The notes under the pieces are model-generated. The model searched no databases and was not told where the DNA came from. It saw only the letters and a program-made list of their open reading frames with translations. Position numbers and translations under genes: made by a program. Positions 63,546 to 64,000 of a DNA stretch of 64,000 nucleotides are shown here, one piece after another; positions within the stretch are counted from its first letter, which is position 1; each line of letters starts with the position of its first letter. Location of the stretch: assembly GCA_965662895.1 (NCBI GenBank), contig CBFIJH010000001.1, positions 157,994 through 221,993 on the forward strand. The letters run 5' to 3'. This DNA comes from Candidatus Poseidoniaceae archaeon. GTDB lineage: Archaea > Thermoplasmatota > Poseidoniia > Poseidoniales > Poseidoniaceae.

Positions 63546-64000
63546 ATGCCGCAAAATTTGGCCATCACCTCGTGTATGTGCATGATGTTTCTTCTTGCTC
63601 CACTTGCAGGTTGCGTCAGTGAAAGCGAAGATAGCGATGCAGGTGCACGAACCCTTATTGGAGGACAAAATACAGACAGTGCATCCATCAAAATCGCCGG
63701 CTCATCCACGGTCTATCCACTCGCCACAGGTTGGATTGAGGATTTTACAGAACGAAACCCTGACGTATCAGCGAGTGTTGCACTTGGAGGGTCAGGTGCG
63801 GGCGCAGCTGCCGTTTGCAGTACAGGAAACGATCATGTTGAGATTGGCTCAATGTCACGCACCTTCAAACCAATCGAGGCAACTCTTGTTGATGGTGAGC
63901 GTTTCTTCAATTGCAAATCCTCCGATATCGAGTTAACTCAGGTTCCCATTGCAATGGATGGAATCACCATTGTCCTCAAACGTGGCGGTGGTGCACAGCA
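63546..64000 (+). CDS. pstS: Phosphate ABC transporter substrate-binding lipoprotein PstS, 3'-truncated at the window edge.
   Basis: A frame not in the ORF track, because it has no stop inside the window. It reads MPQNLAITSCMCMMFLLAPLAGC (lipobox) then IKIAGSSTVYPLATGWIEDF...VALGGSGAGAAA...IGSMSRTFKPIE, the PstS signature. Confidence 0.7.
   Translation, partial: MPQNLAITSCMCMMFLLAPLAGCVSESEDSDAGARTLIGGQNTDSASIKIAGSSTVYPLATGWIEDFTERNPDVSASVALGGSGAGAAAVCSTGNDHVEIGSMSRTFKPIEATLVDGERFFNCKSSDIELTQVPIAMDGITIVLKRGGGAQ

Noticed and set aside
63595-63936. A 113-aa plus-strand ORF from the track.
   Set aside because: It is in the wrong frame. The pstS frame starting at 63546 gives a lipoprotein signal peptide and canonical PstS motifs. 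The track ORF is an overlapping alternative frame.
1-64000. CRISPR arrays, transposases, integrases and prophage remnants.
   Set aside because: I see no direct-repeat/spacer periodicity. No ORF has transposase (DDE), integrase (R..H..R..Y) or Cas signatures. The tRNA-Gln is not flanked by an integrase or direct repeats.

Overview
The window is a densely coded archaeal chromosomal segment. The lineage is Euryarchaeota-like, probably Thermoplasmatota/Poseidoniales-like or another acidic-proteome archaeon; I cannot confirm this without a database search. GC content looks close to 50 %, and almost all proteins are strongly acidic. I found no CRISPR array, transposase or integrase.

Recognisable blocks, in order:
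- A C-terminal piece of a very large unknown protein.
- A giant acidic mosaic surface protein (C-type-lectin-like, LamG-like, three PPC domains, EF-hand loops and thrombospondin-type-3 calcium repeats, with a TM anchor), followed by an exosortase/archaeosortase-like membrane protein.
- GmhB-like phosphatase, TiaS, purB and a Dph6-like PP-loop enzyme.
- The conserved archaeal proteasome/exosome superoperon: psmA, SBDS, rrp4, rrp41, rrp42, L37Ae, Pcc1, prefoldin beta, DHH phosphoesterase and an unknown 349-aa protein, with overlapping start and stop codons throughout.
- An operon of UbiD-family decarboxylase, unknown protein and Nudix hydrolase.
- The str operon: S12, S7, EF-2 and a MOSC protein.
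- An isoprenoid block: isopentenyl phosphate kinase, a small membrane protein, and a fused type-1 IPP isomerase + GGPP synthase.
- Tpt1-like RNA 2'-phosphotransferase, and thiolase plus a DUF35-like protein.
- A three-gene candidate cytoskeletal module: a double zinc-ribbon protein, an MreB/Ta0583-like actin ATPase, and a bitopic membrane protein with a Q/P-rich tail.
- Sirtuin, a secreted protein with a PGF-CTERM-like tail, SelO, CoaBC, TrmY and SurE.
- Transporters (DMT/EamA, OPT-like, UMF1-type MFS), aIF5A and SDR enzymes.
- A class II photolyase fused to a FAD oxidoreductase domain, and a fatty-acid hydroxylase family protein.
- Acyl-CoA dehydrogenase, an HhH-GPD glycosylase, an HD hydrolase, tRNA-Gln(UUG) and 3-hydroxyacyl-CoA dehydrogenase.
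- A pilin-like protein with a class III signal peptide and two lamin-tail domains, followed by a hairpin terminator.
- The 5' part of pstS at the window end.

The most system-like novelties are the actin-like three-gene module, the IDI–GGPPS fusion next to IPK, the photolyase–flavoenzyme fusion inside a putative light-response neighbourhood, the mosaic lectin/PPC/TSP3 adhesin, and the pilin-anchored LTD protein.
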